Assembly: GCA_050084985.1 (NCBI GenBank)
Contig: JBITNC010000001.1
Span: forward strand, 111,352,001-111,416,000
Reading direction: 5' to 3'
DNA: 64,000 nucleotides
From: Nageia nagi
Lineage: Eukaryota > Plantae > Pinophyta
Position 1 is the first letter of the stretch. Each line of letters opens with the position of its first letter. Shown here in pieces: positions 40,494-54,300 of this stretch. Under the pieces are notes generated by a model that saw only the letters and a program-made list of their open reading frames with translations, searched no databases and had not been told where the DNA came from. A program made the translations under genes and the position numbers.

Positions 40494-42030
40494 TATTGAT
40501 GGAAAATGTGTAATAAAGCACTCAGAGCAATACAATCAAAGTATATCATGAATAGGCAAACATAATAACCTAATCTTTGGTGTAGGCTGGTTCCTTATCT
40601 ATTAGGGTAGATGAAAAGAGCAAATAACAAGAAAGAAGTGAAAGAGGATTGAGTGTAAGAAATGAAACAAAAGAGATAGGGAGCAAGAGTAAAGAAAAAG
40701 GGGCAAATCACTAGCTCAACATAGGCTTTCACGTAGCATGAAACCTTGGCAAGAATCTAGTGTAAGAGCCACAATGTAAGCTTTCATTCTCTAAATTATT
40801 CTTCAGCTTAACTCTTCCATGTGAGCAGACACAGTTATACCAACAACTTATTATTATTTAGGAAATATCCATTACTTGTCACAATATAACTAGATTAAAA
40901 ATAATAACACCAAGCATTGGATAAGAAAGGTCAAGATGGCATTGTATAACTGATAAAACAATAGGTCTTTGAAAATAAATACAAGGGGCAATACTAGGGA
41001 TTTTGACCTCTTTTTCCTATCTTTGACTAAATTTATACTAGGCTAGAGTAGTTACAGAATGATTGAAATAAAATAATTACAAAATGGCCTAAAGATTCTG
41101 GCCTTCTTTTAATAAATGGCTAACTATCTCTACCACATGTCATTTTATTCCTAAAACTAAAAAGTCTAAACCATAATAGCATTTAAACTATGATGGACAT
41201 GCTTCCCTGGTGTTATTTGAACTTGTATTACAATTATGAAAGAATCTCTTATTGATGATGGTGATTTTGAAGTTTCTTCATTTTCTAGTGGTTATTCTGA
41301 AGCCTTCTCGATCTTTAGCACATGTTCTAGAGTTCTTTGATGAAGTTTTGCTTGGGTGGAGATCCCATTTATTACATCTAACATCATCAATTTCCAAACC
41401 ATCTGATTTGAAATTTCACCTCCTTTTGTGCCTTTGTGAGATGAAGAAAATAACTTTAAGAGATTTCAGTCTTACTCATGATGTCATCCTTCTTTGAACC
41501 CATTCTTTTGGCTAAAATGGGCTTTGCTCTATTTTGCTTATGTTACATTCTTTCATGCTCTAAAATTAACTAACTTGGCCACTGTGGAACTTTTAAAACT
41601 ACCTGCTAACGTCACTACTCTTGAAGTCTAATTTTAGAAGAGCCTCTACTTTGCTAACATCATTTCTTTTATGCCTCAAAATACCTAGCCATTGTAGAAC
41701 TTTTAACACTACTTGCTAATGTCATTACTCTTGGGGTCCAGTTTTAGAATAGCCTCTACTCTATTGACATCACCTTTTTTATGCCTTAGAATACCTAGCC
41801 ACCATGGAACTTTTAACACTACCTACTGACATCATTACTCCCAAGGTCCGATTTTAGAAGAACTTCTATTCTGCTGACATCACTCTCTTTTATACTTTGG
41901 AAAATACTATACTTAGTATATTTTCCCATCAAAACTATCTGAAATCTTGCTAAAACACTTGTCTTATAGATAAGTAAGGACAAAATGCACTAAGAAGCTA
42001 CTAGGGTGTTGGACTATGTATGTATACACA
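40494..42030 (-). repeat. 5' LTR of the Tat element
   Basis: Direct repeat of 29672-31208; adjacent to the PBS and gag. Confidence 0.95.
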
Positions 42031-42249
42031 AATGTATAGGCTCTTATTTCATCATCACTTATATTCTCCACTTACCTTGCAACAATAACGATGTTGTTAT
42101 CATTGATAGAGTACAATACCAATATCATTGTATTATTTAACAACACAACTAAAGTATAGATAATAAAAAAATATTAGATAGCATGAGAGTATAATAGATC
42201 CAAGTATGATAGGTGGTGATGAGAATTGATGAGAGAGATATGTATGGTG

Positions 42250-44660
42250 TGACTGCAATGTCAACCTATTAGGATTAGTTTCGATAGGGTATTCCAAGCA
42301 TTTCTCTTTTGATATCTTACAAAATAAGAAAGAAGAATATTAGTTGATATTTCAAGAATATAAGATAACAATGATAGACTCAAGAAAATTATAGACAAAC
42401 TCGTGTTTAAGAATAAATAACCTTGATTAATGCATGATTCACATATTCACCCTTGATATTTTCTTTAATAAATAATATATTTGTTAGATACTTAAAAATA
42501 TTATTATTATAAAAGAATTTTAGGTATCTACAATACTAAAGTGAATAACATTTTCACATTTAATTTATATGAATGGGATGATTAACGATAACACAAATTC
42601 TAGAATGGTAATAAATAATAAGAGGTTCAAGATTCAAGAGAAAGAACTACTGAGACCAAATAATACCAAAATACAAATGAATAGTTTCTTATAGATAATG
42701 CAATATCTATGAAGAAATTCAATGGATATATACATATAAGGTATGATGTTAACTCTAAATTTCATTTTTGACATGAACATGATGAAATATTATGTACATC
42801 TATAAGAAAAAACTAAGGAGTCTTGTACTAATTATGATAATAAATGACCACATAAGGAACAAAATGAGGATAAAATGATGAAGGATAATAAGAATACTAA
42901 CCTATAAGGAATTGATTCATATGAAAACAAAAAAACATAAGTGGTATATAGAATAGTAAAACAAATTACTAATTCTTTGTCCCACCTAACAAAAGAACCA
43001 AAAGAAAAGAAGATTTATAAAAATATGAAAAAAATTTGAAATGTTATGGTTTAAAAAATTTATATAATTCACTTGGCAATGAATGTTTAAATGGTTTGTA
43101 TTTTACATTCTCACTTAAATTTTTATTCCTTATGAATATAATAAGAGTACTTTATAACCTTTATTCAAATTTGATTCCACATAGTATCAAGTTGAGAAAT
43201 AAAGATGATACTAATGTTGGGAAGGAATATGTTGATGAGGCTTCTATTGAGGATCAATATACTTTCCATCTCCACATTACTCATTTAATCATAATGATTA
43301 TTATAGTGAAGCAAAATATTTCATGTATAATGCATTTGAAACTTCCTACATGAATATGGAGAATTCAATAGAGAGTCACAAGTGACTACTCTTATCATAT
43401 ATGGAAACTACTCATTAGGTATACTATGATACAAATTCTTGTAATGGTTCACTTTCTTATTCTCATTTATGAGATTTTTTTGTACCATAAGAATTATTTA
43501 TTTAATCCATTAGTTGATTATGATACCTCTAATTCAATTAATTCTTTTCATGGACATTAGTTAATAGAACACTCATGATATGACTTTTGGTGAGGAATAT
43601 TTCATGAATAAGAATGTTTATAAAGATTATACATTACAAAAGTTAAAAAAGATATCCCATAAGAGGATCCTTACATACTTTAAGATATAATTGTTTTTAG
43701 ATAATTCTTTTCAATAAGATATTACATTTTTTATAGATAACAAGAATCTCTTCTAGGTGGATCTTCTATTAGTATGAGAAGCTTATTTATTGAGGAATAT
43801 AATGTAATATATATGAGTATAATTTTGATACACATGAAAAATAATGTAAAAATGCTATCCTTACTGCATGGGAAAATTAGCATAACAAGTATGCAATTTT
43901 TTATGAAAGCACTATATTTGAGTCTTTAGTTCATCCAAGATGAATTTTGTAGAACTAATTTGTATCCTTATAGTTTATATCATAAAAATATTCATGAGAA
44001 TGTATTTTATGATATGATTCACTTCATTAAACATATACATTTTCATCAAGATTAGGTTCATAAGGTTGATCATATAATCCATGAGAATCTTTATGATGAA
44101 ATTATTTCTTCTATTCCTTATATTATCAAGGATAATAGTTGGAATATGTTTCCTTTTTTTATTGAGGTGTATGGTATGTTTATAGATACTCATGCTTACA
44201 AGTCTTATGATGGTATTCATATTGATGAACATATGGTTTTTGATGGGGCTTTTTATCATGATGTGCATTATGACTAGTTCATATCTCCTAGAAATCATTT
44301 GGATACATGAAAGAATATTTTAAGATGATCTTATTATTTTCATACATTATAAAATGGTTTACTTTTGTATGGGAATAACTTATTTTATGTGGACCTAGTT
44401 GGAGGTTATGAAGATTTCAAGATACATTTGTTTTCCCATAAAAATAAAAAAGAAAGGAACTTTCATTTGGATTATTTTATGGAATCACAAGATTATCAAT
44501 TATTTACCTCTCGTTATATTTATAAAGCTTTACCATGTTTAGGTTATCCATGACCAACTATCATTTATACTATTTTTGAGATCTCATGTATATGATGGAA
44601 ATTAGAATGAATGCTTTTGGTGCATGGACATGATGAAAAGGAAGGGGTAATAATTTTTTC
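42250..44660 (+). mobile_element. Very old retroelement remnant (unclassified)
   Basis: Stop-riddled coding-like composition ending in a PPT-like GAAAAGGAAGGGG (~44635-44647); ATAAGGTATGAT..CTCTAA segment shared between ~29177 and ~42736. Confidence 0.3.
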
Positions 44661-46265
44661 AATTAATTTTAAAATTTGTATTTCTTCAAATGAAGATAGA
44701 AAATGTTTCGAATTCAATTCTTTTGAATTTGAATTAGATGGAAAATTTAGTAAAGAATCACTTTAAGATTAATTGAAATATTAAGTTCATAAAAAGAAAC
44801 TTATGTATCTTTATGAATTGATTTCAAGAATTTTAATGGGATTGAAGATTTGGATTCTATGCAAGACTTTCATGGAGACTATACATAATTTGAATTAAAA
44901 TTTTGTATAATATGTATAGTAAATTACCCCTTATGCTACAAGGTTCCTAAAGTAATTTTGATATATTCACATGTTTAGTTCTCTATCATTTTTAGGTAAT
45001 AGATATTTAAAAATGGCTAAATGTTATTTCTAGGAAGTATTATATTTATTTTATTTAATCGTAATTTAGCTTCATTAATAATGTCTTAAGTCACATGTCA
45101 AAGTTTCAAAAATTTATTAGCAAGATGTTTGTGAATATGATGCAATGGGTAATGCTTGTTTGGATTGAATCAATGCACCTTTTTCAATTTGAGGTGTTTG
45201 TTTTCCAATAGAAGGTATATTAATTAAATATGCTATTTTTTTTAACTTGGGTAAAATTACTTCAAGTGATTCATCCAAGGAAGTGAAGTTTTTTTTGTGT
45301 CAAAATAATTCTTTAAGGATGATTGTTATAGTATCAACATAACTTGTTAAATTAGCCTCTTTTTATTTTAGCTCTTATTTACATTGATTCTTATTCTTAT
45401 TATGAATTTAGGAAGATGATGCATCTTTATATTTTAATTCACCTATTCATATAAGGGTTATTTCAATAGCCTTAACATGATCGGTAACATTTTAAAAAAT
45501 GTTGTGATAATTTTTTTTAGAGTTCATAAGATATTTTTTTATGAATAATTTGAATAAAAACATATGGAAATTCAATTCAACAAGTATATATTATAATTAA
45601 TTTATCCTCTTTTCATCTACTAGGATAACATGTTAAACTTTTATTATTTATTTATTTTAATGTATAAGTAGATCACTTATGTAATGTTATTGCTAATATT
45701 AGAAATAAATACATGATACATAATTTAACATGAGTTTTAAAATTTTTCGAATAATGCCTAAGAATACTATAATATTAATTCAAATCTTAGCCATCAAGGT
45801 TCTTAGGGAATATTTTTAATAAGAAAATTTCATCATAAGTAATGTCACAACATGAAACATAAAAATGTTTTTCATTTGGTTTCAGGATCTTCATTACTTT
45901 TGAACATTTAGAGTTTATATATTTCATAGTTTGAAAGTAATGACTATTGATTACCATTATATCTAAAAGTTACTGTTATAGATCCTTGTAAGAAATATGT
46001 GTTTTGCACTACATTGATTATATAAATATTATATCAAAATATTAGCTAAAACTTAAAATTATGTTGGGTTATTATAGACCATCATATTTTGTATTTTATA
46101 AATTTCAATTATCTACATTAGATCATGATTGTGAATTTTTGAAAACTTTTCCATATGGTAATATTATGATTTATATGTCCATAAGAAATTTTATTCCAAG
46201 AGAAATAAACTTAATTTTGGTTTTAATTAAATTGATATTTTAGAAACTAATTAAGGGAAACTTCA

Positions 46266-49200
46266 TTTTGTGATTAGTAACCTCCTATAAAAGAATTAGT
46301 AGGAGGCATAATTGAGTAAATAATAAAGGATCAAAGAATATTAGAAACTAATTTGGCTTCATTCTTTAAAACCAGTAGAAGAACATTAGGAGCATACTAC
46401 ATAAATTCAAATGTAACAATTCTACAACAAAAAGGGAGCTCTGCATTCACCATTATAGCTAGTTAGCCACATAATTTATTATCATCTTAAGACTCCTATA
46501 GCTCTTCCTATATATTTTTGTTGCTTTGTCTAGTCTAGTACCTTCTAAATTTGTTGGTCTTCTTACATTTGCTTGTATCCTCCTTTGGATTGCTAGTCTA
46601 GTATTTATCATCCACTATGATGGTATCAATATTGGTGCTAAATGTCACCTTCTGATGCTTCTACTTAGGGGATATTTGATTCTTTTTATTATCTTGTGGA
46701 AATGGAGTCTTCTTATTTAGTGATAGCAAGGAATCCATTGCCTCTTATTCTAGACCCCCCACCTGAGCCTCTCCTTTTTCTTTCTTGAGTTTTTATCTCT
46801 TCATAAGTTCAATAATTAGAATGTAGTCTTCCATGTCCTCCTAAGAGTTCAAATTGTACCAATGGGCCATAGAATCAGGGTTTAAATTAGGGACTGCAGG
46901 ATTTGGTTTGTTAATGAGAGCATGCTTATACAAATTGCATAGTAGTCCCTAATGAAGAGGGATCTCTTTGCTTTCCTTTCTTGCTTTTGTAATTGATATT
47001 TCCAATGAATGGTAGATGAAGAAGGAAACATTTGCATTATAACCCATATGTTTTGGACTAAAATATGGTAGATGGGGAAAATGGAATGCAAACACTACAA
47101 AATGTCTACCTTCTAGAGTAATAAACTTGGCAATAACATCATGCAACAAAGACCAAGCTCTGTTTAGGTTGGATTTATCATACACATCACATACGTGTTG
47201 AAGAATTCCATAGTTTTCAAAATACTCTTTTACATCTTTCTTTTTATCCTTTGCTTCTCTTTTAATTAGCCTTCTCTCCATAGCTAGTCCTATAGCATTT
47301 GTAATATCCTCTTTTATTAGTTGAAACTAAATCCATCCCACATTAACATTCCCTACATCCCATGTTTGAATAAATTACTTGGAGATTGAGATGTCATGTG
47401 TTTAAACCTTTCAAGTAAGCTATGCATACCTCCTTCACATTTGGATCTCTACAAATGCTTATCCCTCTTATACTCAAAGAAATCATATGGTTCTATATAA
47501 AAAACCTTACCTCCCATGGTCTATTTACATAAGCTCTCTCTTCTCTTAGTGTCCTCACATAATATTTGAGGTCTCAATTTAATGAATGAGAGACCTAAAA
47601 CCTTCCCTTTAAATAAAAATCTCTTCTTATTTCCATAATCATACTTTAAGGTGATACATGTCCTCCATTATTTGATGCATTTTCCAATATGATAAGTGAC
47701 ACATTTAAACTTACATTGATTACACTCCTGTATATCCAATCTTAATTTGGAGAAAGTGATCTCAAGATTTTTTGTTGCATATGAGGACTGCTTTCTCTAC
47801 CATTCCATTGACCAATAGCTTGTTTGTCTATAAAATTAAAATCGAAACTAGTTTCTAGAATATCTTTCCAAAGGTTATGTTTCCTTTTGGTTGCAATGTG
47901 TACCTTTTACAAATAATTTATGATTATTTATAATATTTTGTTCAATTTTTGGCTTAGTGGGATTCTACCTCCTTATACCTATCATGTAGTTTTCCAACAA
48001 GTAGTTTTTGATTTTATACATGATTTCTCTATCAGGATTACTTGTTCCCTAAAATATTTGTTCATTCCTTTATTTCCATAGTTGCCACCTAGTGTGGGCT
48101 ATAATCATAATCCAAATCTCATTCATCCCTTTATTTGGGAATGGATCACTAAGAAGCATGGTTTTAGTTTGTTCATTGTTTGGAATGCTTTGGATTTTTA
48201 GGATGGATATAATGGATCTCCATATAATTACAGCAACATTGTAATGAATTTATAAATGATCTATATTCTCCTCTTGTTCTCTATATATTACATATCTATT
48301 AACTAATTGGAAAATTTTCCTTTGCAACTTATCTTGAGTGAGGATGGATCTATGACCAACTGACCATAGGAAAAAAGAAATATTAGGAGTGAGACCTTTG
48401 CACCAAATTTTATTCCAAACTAGGGAATCATCCTTCTTTCTATCAGATCAGACACTACCTTTTGCAAATTAAATCTCCCTTCAACTATTGATTTGCATTC
48501 CAACATGTCTTTTTTTATATTTTCATTGATCTTCATTTTATCTAACTCTTACCTAAACATATGAAGTTGAGTTTCTATAATTTTATTATCATCTTTTGGA
48601 ATAAACCAACTATTCCTATTATTATCCTTATGAAGGTACTCTATTACCCTACATCCTATAGTATTCATAGTCCATTTCACTCCTTTCATTCCATTATAGG
48701 AGATTAGGGGTTATTTCCTTAGCCAATAGTCCTCCCAAAAGACCATCCTTTCCCCATTTTTAATGCTTCATAGTGAATTATTTAAAATAATCTCTTTAAC
48801 TACTAAGCAACGATTCAAAAATGTTGAACTTGTAGGTACATATGTTTTCCTTATAAAATTGATGTTTTACTCTAAATATTTTTCTTTACAAATACATATC
48901 CATTCATTTGTGGAGTTATCATACATTTTCCAATCCAATTTTAATGGAAGGGCCTTATATATTTCATCTATCTTAAGCCTAGCCCTCCATCTACCTTCTC
49001 TCTGCAAACTTTTTGCCAAGAAATAAGTGTCATTTTCCTTTTTTTTTTACCCCGACCATAGAAATATTTTGCAAATTTGATCAATACTAGATGAGACCAG
49101 TACATGTATTTTGAAGACTATAGATCTATATATTGGAATTATTTGGAGTGTAGTCTTGATCAGTTGTAATTTACTTACATGGCTTAACACCACTTCCTTC

Positions 49201-50780
49201 CATCCTAAAAATTTACCTTTGATCGTCTCAATGATTCCATCCCAAAAATTTATTTTATTCTACTTGTGAAAAGAGGCATTCATATGTATAGATAGGAGTT
49301 CACTCACTTGGTAGTTGAAAATATCAATAATATTGTTTTTGTCTATCAAGTGGAGTATTGAAGAAAAAGATTTTTATTTTTTGAAAGTTGATCCTATGGT
49401 AAGAAGGTTTTTCATATAATTGTAATATTTCTTTGAATTTATTTACCTCTCAAATATATGTTTTCCTATAAGGATGGTATCATCCAAAAATTGATGGTGT
49501 GTGACTGGACTATAGTTATTTGTTCATTTCATACTTCCCAACTACTTAGGTTACCTGAATTTCCTAATTATTCTCCCTAATGCTTCTGTCATTATAATAA
49601 ATAGAAAAGGAGAGATTTGGATCCCCTTATCTAAGGCCCTTTGTACTTTAAATAATCCTTCTCATTCACCATTTATCATAATAGAAAAGGTTGGAGTTGT
49701 TATATAAAGTTTGATCCATTCTCTTCACTTGTCACCAAAGCCAAATTTTTCTACATTTTTGTCCAAAAACACCTAGTTGACCTTATCATAGGCTTTTTGC
49801 ATATATAGCTACAACATTATGTCAGTTTCCTTTCTTGAATTTAGGGAGTACAGGATTTCATCATTATACCATTCATGGTCTATCTACCATACATAAAACC
49901 ACCTTGTTCTTGAGCAATAATAAGGTGAAGATGCTCTAATAGCCTTTGTCTCAATAATTTTGTGATAATATTATAAACATAGTTGCAAAGGCTAATTGGT
50001 ATGAAGTTTTTAAATTCATTAGCCCATGTTATTTTAAGTACAAGTGTAAAAAAGGTAGTGTTTCAGCTTTTAAGGATTTTTTTCTTGAAGAATTCCATCA
50101 CAACATCCTCTACATTTCTTCCCAAAGTATCTTAGCAGCATTGAAAATAAACCATTTAGAAGCCCATTCAAGCTTGGGGACTTATCTCTATTCATGTTGA
50201 AGGAAATTTTCTTAATTTCTTCTCTAACAACCATCTTTTCTAGATCCTCTCTAATCTCCCATGTGACAATTTTTGGGTTGTTTTATAGAATTTAATCCAT
50301 AACATAATCTTGTACCTCTTGATCTTGGCTTAAATGTTTTTCAAAAAAATCAACCCCTACCTTCATTATCTCTTCTTGTTTTGTGATTATATCATCATTT
50401 GCGAGTCTTATTTGTGCAATTTTATTATAAATTCTCCTTTTTAAGGTAGTTAACTTAAAGAATTTTATGTTACAGTCTCCTTACCTTAACTAGGTGATCC
50501 TACTTCCAATGAATCTCCTCTTATGCCATTTGTATTATAGTAACTTTAAAAATTCCTTTTATTCTCTATCAATATTCTTTGATCTTCCATAAGTGTTGAT
50601 TCATCTTTCAATATTCAGTAGTTTCTCTTTTAATTCAAGTTTCCCTTTTCCTATCTCTTTGAAGGTATTGATATTCCATAGTTTAACCTACTCTTTAACA
50701 TGTTGGAGCTTTTTGTGACCCTGAACATAGCCTAATTATGTAATAAGAGATATTTATTTTATCCAAGTGATGTTATTTTC
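46266..50780 (-). mobile_element. Decayed L1-type LINE: ORF2 (RT) followed by an additional 3' ORF
   Basis: GDCNIKF (~50470), PISLCN (~49990), KAYDKV (~49790), GLR*GDP.ISPFLF (~49620), HHQFLDDT (~49490); 3' end resembles TTACTAATCACAAAA at ~46266-46280. No TSD found, so both ends are approximate. Confidence 0.85.
46500..47517 (-). pseudogene. LINE-associated third ORF (plant-transposon/PMD-like accessory domain)
   Basis: ATG at 47517 (MGGKVFYIEP), TATA-like TTTATTTAAAGGG ~90 nt upstream, ORF 46949-47281 WSLLHDVIAKFITLEGRHFVVFAFHF..NVSFFIYHSL. Confidence 0.6.
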
Positions 50781-53234
50781 ATAGCATAATAAATATTAAT
50801 TGTGAGCACATCTTCTAGCATGCTCCTAATTATGTTAATCCTATCATGAAAAAGTTCTTCCAAAGCTTTTACATTTAAGTGAAAATGTTGATATAAATAA
50901 ATAATAAGATTTTCTATCATGAGTGCCACATTAGTGATAGGTTGGGGTCCATATACAATTGATTCATGATTAGAAGGTTTCTTAAGATTAGTCTCTTTAT
51001 CAAAAGGATCAATAAAATTGTTATTCTCTTCCTTATTATCAATGGGTTGTTAGAGAGGAAGATGATGTTGTTAAAGTCTTGCATTGTATTCCATTGAGTT
51101 TTTTATTCACATTGAAAAAGAAATACAAAATGGCCTCTTAAATGGTTACATTTGAAGGGCCAAAATATCCTGAAGAGAATGTTTGATGTTCTGATTAAAG
51201 ATTAAAGACCAAAAAAAACTTAACAACATAATATACTTAAGTGTACTATTCATGTTGTGTTCACCAAAATGTGTGTACAAAAATTCAATCACTCATAGAG
51301 GAATGTGCATCTTTTTGATGCACATCAAAAGTCCTTTATAAATAAAATGGATGCAATGAAAGTAACAATTAATTTATAAGATAAATGTTAAGAAAGATGG
51401 AATAATTTTTAATTTATTTAAAGTAAATTTTGATATTCCTTTATTACATCAGGATTGCATCTTGACTTTCAATCATGCGAATCTTTAAGATGATATTAAG
51501 CGAAGATAAAAGATAATAAGTTCATTGATATGATATCTAAATGTAATTTATGTATGTGATAATACTTTAAAATATGCAATTGAGTGATACAAATACTTAA
51601 GAAAAGAAACTTAATGTGATGATAATATTTTGCATATTAATATTGAAATGGTAGTACTTAGAGAAGTAACAACAGGGTATCACATATTGTTGTTTCAATA
51701 TTAATAAAAACTAAAATGAAATATGTAATCACAAACTATATATCAAATGATAAACATAAACAAATTTTGACTTTCTAGAATAATGTTATAGTTACATTGA
51801 GAGGCATCTCTACAATGGTAGTTGAGGGGAGGGCAAGGACTCAAATGTCTAATTGACAAATATTTTTTTATAAAATGATTCAACCAACTTTAAAAAATTG
51901 ATTACTATTTGTATAAAATTTAATTTTGCCGACATTTAAAATTTTTACTTAAGAATTGTATAAAAGTAAAAGAATATGCATGTAAAACACAACAAATTAA
52001 AAATAAATAAATAAAAAAATTTAATCTATAAAACACAAACAAAAAAGAAGATTTATATTGAGAATCTCTTTTGTCTCTTGGAAGAAAGGAAGGTGTGTTT
52101 GCTTTGAATCTCTACAATCTCTTTATATTTAGCGTGTGCTTCCAAGATAGGTGCCTCAAAATTGATACCTCTCAACATTTTTAGATATATGTCTTTAAGA
52201 TATCTAAGCTAGTTGTGATTAAATGTAAGCATAGTGAATTTCTTTTTAGCTATAGGATTCAAACATTTAGCTAGAAATATTGGTATTCATTTTAAATGAC
52301 AAGAAGGTTGTTCAAAGATCCAAAAATGTTCATGATGTAATAAACTTGTCTAGTTGACTTTGGAAGGCACATACTTGGATCATCATATCTCAAGCTCAAC
52401 ACATTAGGCTAAAAGAGAATGTTAGAATTTTAACACAAAAAACTATTAAAGATGGAAAGGAGAGATAAATTACCTTTTTTAAAGAAAAACATGAAGGATT
52501 TGAATGGTTTTGAAACAACCATAATGATTAAGGATTATATAGGTTATTTTAAGATTGATAAAGTTTATAATTTTTAAGTGTATCCATAATGATGACATGT
52601 GAATCACTAAGTTAGTACATGAAACATTATCATTTATGCAAAGAATCTTATTGTAATTAAATATAAGGTTACTTAGTATCTTGTTTACGTAAGACAAGGC
52701 TCAAAATAAATGGTTATGTTTTGGATGTATACATTATAAAATATTATATATTTCATTACTTTTTAAGAGTTCTAATTATATTTTGAGTAATTTTCTTTCA
52801 TGCATTTTTAACTCTACATATAATTGATGGTTTTGAGGATTTAATTTACCATCATATTGTTCAAACCTTATTTGACTACTTGATTTGAAATTTTATTGTA
52901 ATTTTAGATATTAATTTATGGAATAGGCTCTCCACATTCATAACATATTTTTGATGTTTTGATATTAACTTTTTTTGAAAACATTAAAAAAAAGCATTAC
53001 CGACATCTTTATAAGTATTTTAATGTCCTTTTAAATCCATGGTTTATAGGACCTATCAAAGTTTGTATAGAGATAAATACATATCATTTGTGAATTTAAA
53101 TTATTATTTTTAACATAATTAAGATATATAATAAAATTTCCATTCTAGTTTCTTATTTTGGCCATCTTTATTTAAAAGCTTGTGGATCAAATTTTAATTA
53201 CAAATATCCTCTATAATAATCAACTTTTAGAGAT

Positions 53235-54300
53235 TGCCCACTCTTATAAAGACCTAGGTATTGACATAAATCATAAACTAAATTGGAACTTAAGCATTGG
53301 AAAAAGAATCTTAGTTGGTGAATAGCATTCTATGACCTAGAAAATAAGTGCAAAGATGCAACACTTTGGAACTAGGATAAAAAGAAAACTATTTTCTCCT
53401 ACCTTGTAACTCCAATATTAGTTTATGGCTATGAAGTATGGGGTGGAAGTATTTCCTGACAAACTTGGAATAAAATTGAACAAATTTAAAAACAATTCAT
53501 CCTTTATAACTTCAAAATTAAGGATAACATATCTTATCCTATATTTCACATGGAAGCTGGGTTACTTCCTATTGAAAGTGAAGCCTTAAAATGATATATA
53601 TTATCCAATTATAAGGTTTCAAAACTAGATTATCTATATTCACCCAACAAACTTGCCCAAATCATCAATATCTTAAAAGAGGTTAGCTGAAAGAATTTGA
53701 TAAATAGCTTGATTTGTGGGGTTTACACAATAACATAACCCTAGCTGATAGCGACAAACTAGAAGTACAAATTGCAAATATAGTAATTCAAAAAATTTAG
53801 AATGATGATAACATCAAAGATAAAAGAAAACTCTCTTACTATAAAAATATCATTAATCTAAAACTTGAATATCCTTCATGTCCACATAAGATTATTAATT
53901 TCAAAAAGAAACTTGCAATTGCTAAATCAAGAACTAATTCACATGAACTTCATAGTGAAATTGGTAGATGGACAATACCAAAAATACCTTGGGATAAAAG
54001 AATTTGTAAATCTTGTAGCCTAAATGCCATAGAAGATGAGACTCATTTTCTCTTTTTTCCACATTCTACAAAGACATAAGAGAAACCTATTAAGTTATTT
54101 GTGATTACAACTTAATCCACAAATTCTTTAACCAAGACAATCAAAACAAGCTTGGCAATTTTATTATACAACTTTATTATATGAGAAACAATCATTCAAA
54201 TAATTGATGTATTTTCTTTCTTTTCTTATATGGACAAATCTTGATAAGTCCTACAAATCTTTGGGTTTCAAAGGATGGTAAAAGACTTATCTATCTATGT
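53235..54300 (+). mobile_element. 3' fragment of a non-L1 LINE (RTE/CR1-L2-like ORF2 tail)
   Basis: YKDLGID, LVYGYEVWG, RTNSHELHSEIGRW, ICKSC..EDETHFL; ends in a (TATC)n tail at ~54288-54298. Confidence 0.8.

Larger units (their letters stand above)
29672..42030 (-). mobile_element. Complete decayed Ty3/Gypsy Tat element with an additional RNase H between protease and RT, plus a 3' extra ORF
   Basis: Two 1537-bp LTRs, TSD AATGT (29667-29671, 42031-42035), tRNA-Arg type PBS, gag-PR-aRH-RT-RH-INT-extra ORF all on the minus strand. Confidence 0.95.
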
